Position numbers and translations under genes: made by a program. From Candidatus Latescibacterota bacterium (lineage in GTDB: Bacteria; Latescibacterota; UBA2968; UBA8231), in NCBI GenBank assembly GCA_965223905.1, contig CBDCXV010000001.1, positions 640,001 to 704,000 on the forward strand: a DNA stretch of 64,000 nucleotides, given 5' to 3'. A model generated the notes under the pieces. The model did not search any database. It was not told where the DNA came from and worked only from the letters and a program-made list of their open reading frames with translations. This document shows, one piece after another, positions 39,658 through 48,876 of the stretch. Numbering within the stretch: the first letter of the stretch is position 1; every line of letters starts with the position of its first letter.

Positions 39658-41442
39658 CTACCCTCCAATCGCGCTGCTGCTCAAGCGGTACAGCCGCGCG
39701 TAGATCCCCCCCTGCTTGACCAGCTCCTCGTGGCGTCCGCGCTCGCGAATTTCCCCTTGGTGCAGCACCAGGATGTGGTCGGCATTGCGGATCGTCGACA
39801 GGCGATGGGCGATGACGATGGCGGTGCGCCCGGACATGACCTTGGCGATCGCCTCCTGCACCAGCCTCTCGGTTTCCGTATCGATACTGGCCGTGGCCTC
39901 GTCGAGAACGAGGATCTCCGGGTCGACCGCCAGGGCGCGGGCGAATGACAGCAGTTGGCGCTCGCCCGCGGACAGGCTCGATCCCCCCTCGGCGATCGCT
40001 TGGGAGAACCCGTTCGCCAGGCGCTCGACGAAGCGGTCGGCGTTGACGTAGCGGGCCGCGGCGACCGCGGCCTCCATGCTCGTCCGCGAGGGATCGACCC
40101 GGATGTTGCCGGTGACGTCCCCGCTGAACAGGAAGACGTCCTGCTGGACGATGCCGATGCGCCGCCGCAGGGCCTCGACGTCCCAGTCCCTCACGTCCAC
40201 CCCGTCGACGCGAATCGCCCCCGACTCTATCTCGTAGAACCGGCACAGCAGGTTGACGAGGGTCGTCTTGCCGGACCCGGTGGCGCCGACCACGGCGAGG
40301 CTCTCGCCGGCGTGAACCCGGAAGGAGACGTCCTTGAGGACGTATCCCTCGGCATCCGGGTCGTAGCGAAACCAGACGCGGTCGAACTCGATGACGCTGT
40401 CGCCGCCGCGGTCCCCGGCCAGCCGCGGTCCGCTGCGCTCCGTGCCGGTATCGAGGAGCTCGAAGATCCGTTCCGAGGCGGCCATGGCGCTCTGCAGCAG
40501 GGCGTAGCGGTCGCTGATGTCCATGATCGGCCGGAAGAAGCGGCGAATGTACTGGAGGAAGGCGACCAGCACCCCGACGTCGATGCGCTCCTGCAACACC
40601 GAGCCGGCCCCGTACCAGATCACCAGGCCCATGCCCGCGGTGCCGACGAACTCGGCGAACGGAAAGAAGATGGCGAAGTAGTGGATCTCGCGGTCCTGGG
40701 CGTCGCGGTAGGGCAGGTGCTCGCCGTCGAGCTCCCGCAGGTTGCGGTCCCCCCGGTTGAACAGCTGCACGACCTCGATCCCGGTGATGTTCTCCTGCAG
40801 GTAGGCGTTGAGCCGCGCCAGGCGGCGGCGCAGCTCGCGGAACGCCTTCATCGCCATCCCCTGCAGGTAGAAGGTCGCCACCGCCAGCACCGGGATCACC
40901 GCGCACGAGACCAGGGTCAACTGCCAGTCCATGTCCGCCATGAAGGCGATGATGGCGATCACCGTGAAGATGTCGAGGAAAACCTGGACCGCCCCCTCGG
41001 TGAAGAACTCGTTGAGCGCCTCGACGTCGTTGGTCGTCCGCGTCATCGTGCGTCCGACCGGGGTGCGGTCGAAGTAGCGCAGCGGCAGTCTCTGCAGGTG
41101 GGCGAATATCTCGCGGCGCAGATCGCGCATCACGAACTGCCCGGTCAGCTCGGTAACGAGGGTCTGCGCCAGGCGCGAGGCGTACTGGAGAACGAGCGAG
41201 GCGAAGAAGAGGCCGGCGATCCACTGCAGACCGCTCCAGTCTCCTTTGAGGATGTGGTCGTCGACGCCGATCTGGGTGAGGCGGGGCCCGATCTGGAAGG
41301 AGAACGCCTCGACCACGATGAGCGCCAGGGCGGCGGCGACGCGCAGCTTGTAGGCGCGCAGGTAGGAGAGCAGCCGCAGCATCAGGCGCAGGTCGAACGG
41401 GCGTTCCTCGGCCTCCTCCCTCTGTCCCGCAGGCAGGCTCAC
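39658..41442 (-). CDS. ABC exporter subunit (TMD+NBD), MdlB/YheH-like
   Basis: GATGSGKT, degenerate signature LSAGERQ, ILVLDEAT, IAHRLST. Confidence 0.93.
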   Translation of the reverse strand: MSLPAGQREEAEERPFDLRLMLRLLSYLRAYKLRVAAALALIVVEAFSFQIGPRLTQIGVDDHILKGDWSGLQWIAGLFFASLVLQYASRLAQTLVTELTGQFVMRDLRREIFAHLQRLPLRYFDRTPVGRTMTRTTNDVEALNEFFTEGAVQVFLDIFTVIAIIAFMADMDWQLTLVSCAVIPVLAVATFYLQGMAMKAFRELRRRLARLNAYLQENITGIEVVQLFNRGDRNLRELDGEHLPYRDAQDREIHYFAIFFPFAEFVGTAGMGLVIWYGAGSVLQERIDVGVLVAFLQYIRRFFRPIMDISDRYALLQSAMAASERIFELLDTGTERSGPRLAGDRGGDSVIEFDRVWFRYDPDAEGYVLKDVSFRVHAGESLAVVGATGSGKTTLVNLLCRFYEIESGAIRVDGVDVRDWDVEALRRRIGIVQQDVFLFSGDVTGNIRVDPSRTSMEAAVAAARYVNADRFVERLANGFSQAIAEGGSSLSAGERQLLSFARALAVDPEILVLDEATASIDTETERLVQEAIAKVMSGRTAIVIAHRLSTIRNADHILVLHQGEIRERGRHEELVKQGGIYARLYRLSSSAIGG

Positions 41443-43211
41443 AGCGCCTCCAGCTCGGCGGAGAGCTGCTGCCGCTCATGCAGCTCGGAGTACAGCCCCC
41501 CGGCGCGCACGAGGGTATCGTGGTCGCCGCTCTCGACGATGCGGCCCTCGTCGAGGGTGACGATGAGGTCGGCGTGGCGCAGGGTGGAGATGCGATGGGC
41601 GATGATGATCGTCGTCCGCCCTCTCATCGCCTCCCGCAGGTAGCGGAGGATCGCCTCCTCCGTCTGCGTGTCCACTGCGGAAAGGGCGTCGTCGAGGATG
41701 AGGATGCGCGGCTCGCGCAGCAGGGCGCGGGCCAGGGTGCAGCGCTGCTTCTGCCCCCCGGACAGAGTGACACCCCGCTCGCCGACGACGGTGGCGAGCC
41801 CGTCCTCGAGCTCCTCGATGTCGCGGTCGAGCTGGGACCGGGTGGCCGCTTCCCGTATCTCCCGGCCCGTGGCGGCCTCGACGCCGTAGGCGATGTTGCC
41901 GGCGACCGAGGTGGAGAACAGGAACGGCTGCTGCGACACGTACCCGATGGAGCGCCGCAGCCCCTCGAGGGGCCACTCCTGCACGCTCTTTCCGTCGATC
42001 GTCACCGCACCTCGCTGCGGCTCGATGAGCCGGGGCACCAGGCGGGCGAGAGTGCTCTTGCCGGCGCCGACGCGGCCGATGACGCCGAGGGTCCTGCCCG
42101 CCGGCAGGTAGAGCTCGATGCCGTCCAGCACCTGCCGGCCGTCGTAGGAGAAGTCGACCCCCTGCCAGTGGACGGCTCCCGCCATCGCCGTCTCCGCGGG
42201 GGCGGCGCGCGAGCCGCCCGGGAGGGCGCGGAGGGGGCCCCCGGCGATTTCCGGCTCCTGCGACAGGATCTCGTCGATGCGGCGGATCGCCACGAGGGCG
42301 CGCTGCAGGCGGTCGATGACCCAGCCGCTGTAGCTGATAGGGCGGATCAGGAGAGTCAGGTAGGCGTTGAAGGCGACGAAGTCGCCGATCGAAAGGGTCC
42401 CTGCGATGACCTCCCTGCCGCCGAACAGCAGGTTGAGCCCCAGCCCGAACGAGGCGATGGTCAGCGACAGCGGCCGGAACAGGGCCCGCGCGCGGATGTA
42501 GCGGTGGTTGTGCGCCAGGTATTCGCTGTTGAGCCGGTCGAAGGCCTCGGTTCGGGGTCCGCCCAGCACGAACGACTTGACCACGCGGATCCCGGTGAGG
42601 CTCTCCTGGACGAGGTTGCTGATGTCGCCGAAGCAGTCCTGGATGGAGCGGAAGCGGTTGTGCACGAGGGAGGACATCCGCACCGTCACCAGGCAGAGGA
42701 CCGGAAGCGGCACCAGGACGATCATGGTCAGCTTCCAGTGGATGACGCTCATCACTGCCAGGCTGAAGGTCAGGATCAGCACCAGCTCGATGAGGGATCG
42801 CAGTCCGTAGGTGAAGAAGACGCTGACGGCCTGCAGGTCGTTGGTCGCCCGCGCCATCAGGTCGCCGGTGCGGTGGCGCTGGAAAAAGGAGAGCGGCATG
42901 CGCATCAGGTGCGCGAAATAGGCGCACCGGATGTCGTACTCGATCCGCGTCGACATGGTGCCGAGCAGGCGGCGCATCGAGTAGCCGCCCGCGGCTACGA
43001 CCAGGGCGAGCAGGAACATCTGCAGCAGGTAACGGCGCACGCCGCGCAGCAGCTCGCCCGGGGAGGCGTCTTCCGCGGTCAGCGAGTCGACCGCGGCGCC
43101 GAGCAGCATCGGGATGCAGGCCGCGGCCACCTGCGAAACCGCGATGGCCGCGGCGCCGAGAAGCATCCGCTTTCCGTAGGGGGCGGTGTAGCGGGAGAAA
43201 GGACCCGTCAT
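41439..43211 (-). CDS. ABC exporter subunit (TMD+NBD), MdlA/YheI-like
   Basis: GRVGAGKS, LSGGQKQR, degenerate Walker B ILILDD; 4-nt overlap with its partner, typical of a heterodimeric exporter. Confidence 0.93.
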   Translation of the reverse strand: MTGPFSRYTAPYGKRMLLGAAAIAVSQVAAACIPMLLGAAVDSLTAEDASPGELLRGVRRYLLQMFLLALVVAAGGYSMRRLLGTMSTRIEYDIRCAYFAHLMRMPLSFFQRHRTGDLMARATNDLQAVSVFFTYGLRSLIELVLILTFSLAVMSVIHWKLTMIVLVPLPVLCLVTVRMSSLVHNRFRSIQDCFGDISNLVQESLTGIRVVKSFVLGGPRTEAFDRLNSEYLAHNHRYIRARALFRPLSLTIASFGLGLNLLFGGREVIAGTLSIGDFVAFNAYLTLLIRPISYSGWVIDRLQRALVAIRRIDEILSQEPEIAGGPLRALPGGSRAAPAETAMAGAVHWQGVDFSYDGRQVLDGIELYLPAGRTLGVIGRVGAGKSTLARLVPRLIEPQRGAVTIDGKSVQEWPLEGLRRSIGYVSQQPFLFSTSVAGNIAYGVEAATGREIREAATRSQLDRDIEELEDGLATVVGERGVTLSGGQKQRCTLARALLREPRILILDDALSAVDTQTEEAILRYLREAMRGRTTIIIAHRISTLRHADLIVTLDEGRIVESGDHDTLVRAGGLYSELHERQQLSAELEAL

Positions 43212-43401
43212 CGGTTCAGCCGGGGGTTTGCCGCGGACCGGGGGGCGAGGGTCGTCGGGTCGGAGGCTCCCACGATTGCGGGGGATTCATGGCAGAAGCG
43301 GCCTTCGCCCAGAGTCTGTGTTCGAGCGGCCCTGGCCCGGGTGGAACGGAGGCGGCCCGCTCATTGCTCGAGCCATCGTGGGCAGGGAGTGCCGGGTAAA
43401 A

Positions 43402-44043
43402 CTACGGGCAGGCCGACCCCAGCTCGGGGAAAACTTCCGGCAAGCGCCGGCGCAAGGCCGTTAGCGCCCGGGTGCGGTGGCTGATCCGGTTCTTTTCGGC
43501 CGCGGACAGCTCCGCCACGGTCCTGCCTTCCTGCGGCAGGTAGAAGACCGGGTCGTACCCGAACCCGCCGGCGCCGGAAGCCTCCGCGGCGATCCGGCCT
43601 TCGCAGGTCCCCTCCCCGAGGCAGGAGCGGCCGTCGGGAGCGGCGATCACGGCGCAGCAGACGAAGCGGGCGGAGCGTTCGGCCGGGTCGCCGACGTGAG
43701 CGAGGTTCGACAGCAGCAGGCGGCACCTGCCGGCGTCGTCGAGGGCAGGGCCGCCGTAGCGCGCCGAAAAAATGCCGGGCTCGGCGCCGAGGGCGTCGAC
43801 CTCGAGACCGGAGTCGTCGGCGATGCAGAGACCCCCGGAAGCGGCGGCTCCGGCCCGCGCCTTGATGGCGGCGTTCTCGCGGAAGCTGTCGCCGTCTTCG
43901 GCCACCTCCAGCCGGAGGCCGAGGGTTTGCGGGGAAACCAGGCGGAACCCGGGGAGCAGCTGGCGCAGCTCCTTCAGCTTGCCGGCATTGGAGGTCGCGG
44001 CAAGCAGCCCGGGCGGCCCGCGGCGGGCTGCGCCGTCGGTCAG
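43402..44043 (-). CDS. rdgB: Non-canonical purine NTP pyrophosphatase (start uncertain)
   Basis: ATSNAGK, ENAAIKA, ADDSGL, PGIFSARY, GFGYDP, KNRISHR. Confidence 0.92.
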   Translation of the reverse strand: MTDGAARRGPPGLLAATSNAGKLKELRQLLPGFRLVSPQTLGLRLEVAEDGDSFRENAAIKARAGAAASGGLCIADDSGLEVDALGAEPGIFSARYGGPALDDAGRCRLLLSNLAHVGDPAERSARFVCCAVIAAPDGRSCLGEGTCEGRIAAEASGAGGFGYDPVFYLPQEGRTVAELSAAEKNRISHRTRALTALRRRLPEVFPELGSACP

Positions 44044-45155
44044 GGCTGCTTCCGGTCCAGTTCCTGCAGCTGCTGCTCGCACCAATCCCTGAAGCGGTTG
44101 TCCTGTTTGGCCTTTTTGTACCAGGTCCGCGCTTCGGAGACCTGGCCGAGCTTGCTGTAGGAATCGGCGACCACGACTTCGGCGGCGTGGTGGTTGCGCT
44201 GAAGCCGCGTCGCCTTGAGGCCGGCGTCGAGCGCCTTCTTCCATTCTCCGGTCCCGTAGTAGGCTTCGCCCAGCCCGTAGTGGGCCTCGATGTGTTTGCT
44301 GTTGACTTCAATGGCCCGCCGCAGCAGCTCGATCGCTTCGTGGTGGCGCCCTTTCAGGCTCAAGGTTTTACCGATCAGGCAGAGCCCTTCGACAAACTCG
44401 GGATCGATGGAGACCGCCGGGCGCAGGGTGGCCAGGGCGCCGTCGAAGTCCTCGCCGGCGATCTGAACCCTGGCGAGGGCGCTGTACGCCTTCGTGTAGG
44501 TGGAGTCGAGCGCAATGGCCCGGCGGTAGGTCTCGGCGGCGATTCGCAGCTTGCCCTGCCGCCGTTGCAGGTCGGCGAGCGACTTGTGGGCTTTCACGTA
44601 GGTGGAATCGGCATCGATGGCATCCTGAAACGCCTTGGATGCGGCGGCGTCTTCCCGGAGGGCGTTGTAGCAGAGGCCGAGGAGATAGAGCAGATCCGCG
44701 TCGCCGGGGCTCCGTTCCAGCGCCTTCTCGAAGCTGGCGATCGCCTCGCGGAACCTCTTCTTCTTGAACGACTGCACCGCGGACTTCTTGTAGACGTCGA
44801 CAAGCTGGGCGGGAATCCGCTCCCGCGCGCGCTCGGAGGAAACGCCGTGGCGGGAGGCCGCCTCGAAAGCGCGGACGGCGCGGTCGAACTGGTTGAGGAC
44901 CTTGTAGGTCTTTGCCAGCGCGTAGTGGGCGTCCCCGTAGGTGGAGTCGGTCTCCACCGATTGCTCCAGGGAGATGGCGGCGTTGCGGAAGTGGCGGTTC
45001 TTGAGCAGCTCGAGGCTCTTGCTGTACTGCTGAACAGCCGCGGGGTCCGGTTTTCGGGGAGCGGGATCCGGCCCCTGCGCAACGAGCGCCGAGGCCGACA
45101 GGATCGCCGTCAGTGCCGGCAGGAGGATGCAGATCCGGATGCGATCGCTCGACAT
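44040..45155 (-). CDS. Exported tetratricopeptide-repeat protein
   Basis: Signal-like N-terminus followed by many TPR units (AHYALA, LYLLGLCY, AHYGLGEAY). Confidence 0.85.
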   Translation of the reverse strand: MSSDRIRICILLPALTAILSASALVAQGPDPAPRKPDPAAVQQYSKSLELLKNRHFRNAAISLEQSVETDSTYGDAHYALAKTYKVLNQFDRAVRAFEAASRHGVSSERARERIPAQLVDVYKKSAVQSFKKKRFREAIASFEKALERSPGDADLLYLLGLCYNALREDAAASKAFQDAIDADSTYVKAHKSLADLQRRQGKLRIAAETYRRAIALDSTYTKAYSALARVQIAGEDFDGALATLRPAVSIDPEFVEGLCLIGKTLSLKGRHHEAIELLRRAIEVNSKHIEAHYGLGEAYYGTGEWKKALDAGLKATRLQRNHHAAEVVVADSYSKLGQVSEARTWYKKAKQDNRFRDWCEQQLQELDRKQP

Positions 45156-45235
45156 GGCAGTAGCTGTCGTCCTGGTGTTTTCAAGGTGGGCAGGAGGAGT
45201 GTTGAAAGCGGTTTCGACAGACTGTGCAGGGGCGA

Positions 45236-45263
45236 AACATACATGGCAGGGGGCATTTGTCAA
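45236..45263 (-). promoter_or_regulatory. Sigma70-like promoter for the TPR-rdgB genes
   Basis: Minus strand TTGACA (45263-45258), 16-nt spacer, TATGTT (45241-45236). Confidence 0.5.
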
Positions 45264-45293
45264 AGCCGGAAGGGGCCGATACACTGTTACAAT

Positions 45294-45338
45294 ATTATAA
45301 TGTTTTCCCCTTCCCGATTATAATGTTTTCCCTTCCCG
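45294..45338. repeat. Tandem duplication of a 23/22-bp unit containing the palindrome ATTATAAT
   Basis: ATTATAATGTTTTCCCCTTCCCG followed directly by ATTATAATGTTTTCCCTTCCCG. Confidence 0.9.
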
Positions 45339-45385
45339 TTCCTCTACCAGGCGTTCCCCCCTGCGAATTCCCGCGGCCGCTGCCG

Positions 45386-48361
45386 ATGGCCATGCGGCTC
45401 GCTCTATGCGCCGCCCTCGCGTCCGCGCCCTCCGGCGCGGGCGCCGGTTTTCCGTACACCCTGGAGTGGAAGCGGCTGACCGGTCTGCCCGCCGGACCGG
45501 TGGCATGGGTGGACAGCCTCCTCTTTCTCGCGGAAGCGGACGGCTTCCTGGTCGCCGTCGAACGCGGCTCCGGGGCCGTCCGCTGGCGCCTGCCGGGCGG
45601 CGGCCCCCTCGGCGACCTGCAGGTGTCCGGCGACAGGCTGCTGTTTGCCGGCACTCGCGGAACGACCGGCAGCTGCGAAATCGCCGACGGCAGCCTCGTC
45701 TGGAAACGGCACGGCCCCGCTTCCCGGGGCGCGCGGATCGCCGCAGGCGACAGCCTTGCGTTCTTCAACAGCAACGACGGCTGGCTGTACGCCCGCCGCG
45801 GCGACGGCTCCTGCGCCTGGAAGCTGCGCACGGGGACCCGCAGGCCGGCGCGCCCGCTCCTGCAGGAGGACAGGCTGTACCTCGGGAACGCGGACGGCTT
45901 CCTGCTCGCCGTCGACAGCGGCAGCGGCCGCAGGCTGCAGGAGGTCGAGGTCGGCGCCGCGGTCGGCACCCTGGTGCCGGCAGGTGACCGGCTCGTCGCC
46001 GCGGCCTCCGACGGTTTCGTCCGCGCCTGGAAAAGGGAGGGCCTCGGGCTGCTGTGGGAGCGCCGCCTCGGGGCCAAGCTGCGGGTACCCCCCGGAGTTG
46101 TTCCGCATGCCATCATCTGTCTGGCGGACAACGCCTACGCCTGGGGCCTGCACCCGGATACCGGCGTCCCGGTCTGGAAGAGACCGATCGGCGTCCAGCC
46201 GACCGGGCTCGTTCCCCTGCCAGCGGTCGGGCAGGTGCTGGTCGCCACCGACTCCGGGGCGGTGGCCGCGCTCGACCGGCGGACGGGAGAGCCGGCCTGG
46301 GAGCAGCAGGTGGCCGGCGGGAGCATTCGCCTGCACGGCGACGCCGGCCGCCTTTACGTCGCCGCCGCGGACGGGTATCTGTACGCTTTCAAACGATGGA
46401 AGGAGCCTCGGCCCTCCGGCCGCGTGGATACGGTATGGTCCGAGCTGCGCAGCCGCGGCCCCAAGACCGGCTACTCCAAGCGATGGTCCGAAGCCCTCCC
46501 GGGCGGCGGCCTGCGCCTCCGCGAGGAGACGGTGAACTGGAGCCACGGGTTCGTGCGGGCGCGCTCGGCCCTGGAGGTCGACGCCGGCCTGCGGCCGGTC
46601 TCCTTCCGCAAGGAGAAGATCGAGGGGAGCCAGCGCCTGGTCGGCCGCGGCGACTGGCTCGGCCGCGGCCGCGTGCGCAGCGAGCGCCGGCTCGCCGGGC
46701 AGACCGTCACGGACACCGTTGAGGTCGACCCCGGTGTCCTGTTGCCCGAGACGGCCCTTCTGAAGCTGATCCGCGAAGGCTCGCTGCAGCCGGGCGTCGC
46801 CGACACCATCCCGGTTTTCGACTACGCCGAGCTCGCTTCCCGCCCCCTGTACGTCGCCGCCGGCGTGTGGGAGCCGGCGGGGGAGGATTCCCTGCTGAAG
46901 GTGACGATGCGCTACGGACCTGTGGTGCGGGGACGGAACGTCAGCGAGACACCGGACCTGCTGCCGGGCATCCTCTTTCACACCTGGCTCGACACCGGGG
47001 GAGGCGAAGTGAGAACCGCGGTTCCCCGGTTCGAATCATCCGGCGTCCGCACCGACAGGCGGACGGCGCTGTCGTGGGAAGCCCCCGCAAAACCGAAGGC
47101 GCTCAACCTCGACCACGCGATCCCGGCCCCGGCCCGCCTCGAGCGCCTGGTGCTTCGCCTGCCCTGGACGCCGGCCGCGGCAGGCTCCCTGTTCGTCACG
47201 GACCGGAGGCAGACCCTCGAAAGCGACAGCCCGGGGACGCGGCTCCTCGTGCGCCGCGTCGAGCCGCCGTCAGGAAGGAGGGCCCTGCCGGTGGAGGAGG
47301 ATGAGCTGCGTCTCTACCTCGAACCGTCGCTGTATATACAGTCGGAGCACCCGGAGCTTCGGGCCCTGAGCGCGCGCGTCACGGGCGATGAACGGGACGC
47401 CCTGACGGTGGCGCGGCGCCTGCTTCAGTGGGTGTACGACAACATGACTCCCGCAAACACCAACGTGCGCTTCAAGTCGGCGCTCGAAGTGCTCGGGGAC
47501 ATGCGCGGCACCTGCAGCGAGTACACCGTGCTCTACGCCGCGCTCTGCCGCGCCGCCGGGGTGCCTGCCCGGGTCGCTTCCGGGTTCGCCGCCTCCCCGG
47601 ACGGGGAGCTGGTCCTGCACGTATGGCCGGAGGTGTTTCTCGGCGAATGGGTCGGCGTCGACCCGTCCTGGAACGCCTTCCCCGTCGGAGCCGCCCACGT
47701 CAAGACCGGATCCGGACTGCTGACGCCGGCAGGCATCGCGCGCATGAACCTGCCGCTGCAGCTGATTCTCGCGCCGGAGGGCCGCATCGAGCTGGTCGAG
47801 CACGAGACCCGGGACGGGCGCTTCCTGGCGGAAGGGGAACGGCTGTACCAGGAGGCGGAGGCCGCGGACCGGAACTTCGAGGAGGAGCGGGCCCAGGAGC
47901 TGTACCACCGGGTGCTCCTGCTCGACTGGCACCAGCGCAGCGCCGAGGCTCACCTTGCGATCGCGCGGTACCACCTGCAGCGCGGGCGCCTGGAGGATGC
48001 GGAGTGGCCGCTGCGCCGGATGCTGAACCAGGGCCCGGAAGGTGCCGCCACCGCCCAGGCCTGGTTCCACCTCGGGAGGGTCGCCGAGGCCCGGGAGGAT
48101 TGGGAGGGGGCAGCCGAGTTGTACGGGCGGCTGGCCGACCGCTACCCGGCCGGAGACCTTGCGGACGACGCGCTCGGCTCGCTGGCGGCGCTGACGGAAA
48201 AGAGGTTCGGCTGCCGGAAGGCGCGGCCCCTCTACCAGGGGCTGGTCGAAGAGTACAGCCGCTCAGGGTGGGCGTCGGTCGCCGAGGCGGCGCTGGAGAA
48301 GTGCGGGTCGAAGGAGCGGCTGCTGGAGGCGCTGGACTCCCCCACTAACGAGAGCGAGTAG
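45386..48361 (+). CDS. Exported PQQ-type beta-propeller + transglutaminase-like + TPR fusion protein
   Basis: Repeated DG.l.A.d..sG...W blades; GTCSEY…AALCRAAGVPAR…HVWPEV…VDPSW (Cys-His-Asp); C-terminal TPRs. Start is approximate. Confidence 0.82.
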   Translation: MAMRLALCAALASAPSGAGAGFPYTLEWKRLTGLPAGPVAWVDSLLFLAEADGFLVAVERGSGAVRWRLPGGGPLGDLQVSGDRLLFAGTRGTTGSCEIADGSLVWKRHGPASRGARIAAGDSLAFFNSNDGWLYARRGDGSCAWKLRTGTRRPARPLLQEDRLYLGNADGFLLAVDSGSGRRLQEVEVGAAVGTLVPAGDRLVAAASDGFVRAWKREGLGLLWERRLGAKLRVPPGVVPHAIICLADNAYAWGLHPDTGVPVWKRPIGVQPTGLVPLPAVGQVLVATDSGAVAALDRRTGEPAWEQQVAGGSIRLHGDAGRLYVAAADGYLYAFKRWKEPRPSGRVDTVWSELRSRGPKTGYSKRWSEALPGGGLRLREETVNWSHGFVRARSALEVDAGLRPVSFRKEKIEGSQRLVGRGDWLGRGRVRSERRLAGQTVTDTVEVDPGVLLPETALLKLIREGSLQPGVADTIPVFDYAELASRPLYVAAGVWEPAGEDSLLKVTMRYGPVVRGRNVSETPDLLPGILFHTWLDTGGGEVRTAVPRFESSGVRTDRRTALSWEAPAKPKALNLDHAIPAPARLERLVLRLPWTPAAAGSLFVTDRRQTLESDSPGTRLLVRRVEPPSGRRALPVEEDELRLYLEPSLYIQSEHPELRALSARVTGDERDALTVARRLLQWVYDNMTPANTNVRFKSALEVLGDMRGTCSEYTVLYAALCRAAGVPARVASGFAASPDGELVLHVWPEVFLGEWVGVDPSWNAFPVGAAHVKTGSGLLTPAGIARMNLPLQLILAPEGRIELVEHETRDGRFLAEGERLYQEAEAADRNFEEERAQELYHRVLLLDWHQRSAEAHLAIARYHLQRGRLEDAEWPLRRMLNQGPEGAATAQAWFHLGRVAEAREDWEGAAELYGRLADRYPAGDLADDALGSLAALTEKRFGCRKARPLYQGLVEEYSRSGWASVAEAALEKCGSKERLLEALDSPTNESE

Positions 48362-48454
48362 CATCCCCTTGCGGAGCTGTTCGTTGCTTCCGCACGCCGG
48401 TAGGGCTTACATACAGGCGAAAGACCAGCCGAGAAATACACCCCACTTTTGGAA

Positions 48455-48680
48455 ATGCAGCCTGTCAGGTTGAACATCGGGTGTGGAAACGATATCCGCC
48501 CGGGGTTATCTCAATATCGATCCATTCGCGGATGGACCCGTCCTGAGAATGGAGGCTTCGCGGCTGGCTTTCACGGACCAGTCAGTGGACGAAATCTTCT
48601 CCTCGCACGTGCTGGAGCATCTGTCGAAACATGAGGTGATTGATGTTCTCGTCGAATGGTATCGGGTGCTCAAGCCCACC
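48455..48680 (+). pseudogene. SAM methyltransferase (Methyltransf_11-like) remnant
   Basis: RLNIGCG in one frame; after an extra G in CCGGGGTTAT the next frame reads GYLNID…SVDEIFSSHVLEHL…WYRVLKP, then similarity stops. Confidence 0.75.
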
Positions 48681-48876
48681 ATGGCATGCAGTCCGGGCTG
48701 TGGCATCGGCCGGGGAAACAGTCCCGCCAGCAAGCAGGCGAGGCGTAGTAAACTGGCTTCGGAAACAGATGGTAGATGGTGTTTCTGTTCTACCGGATCT
48801 GCGCAGGGATAGCTCGGTCCCGGAGGTAGAGAAAGAAAAGCTCAGAAAAAAGGAGCCGAGTCCCGAATTCGCAGCT

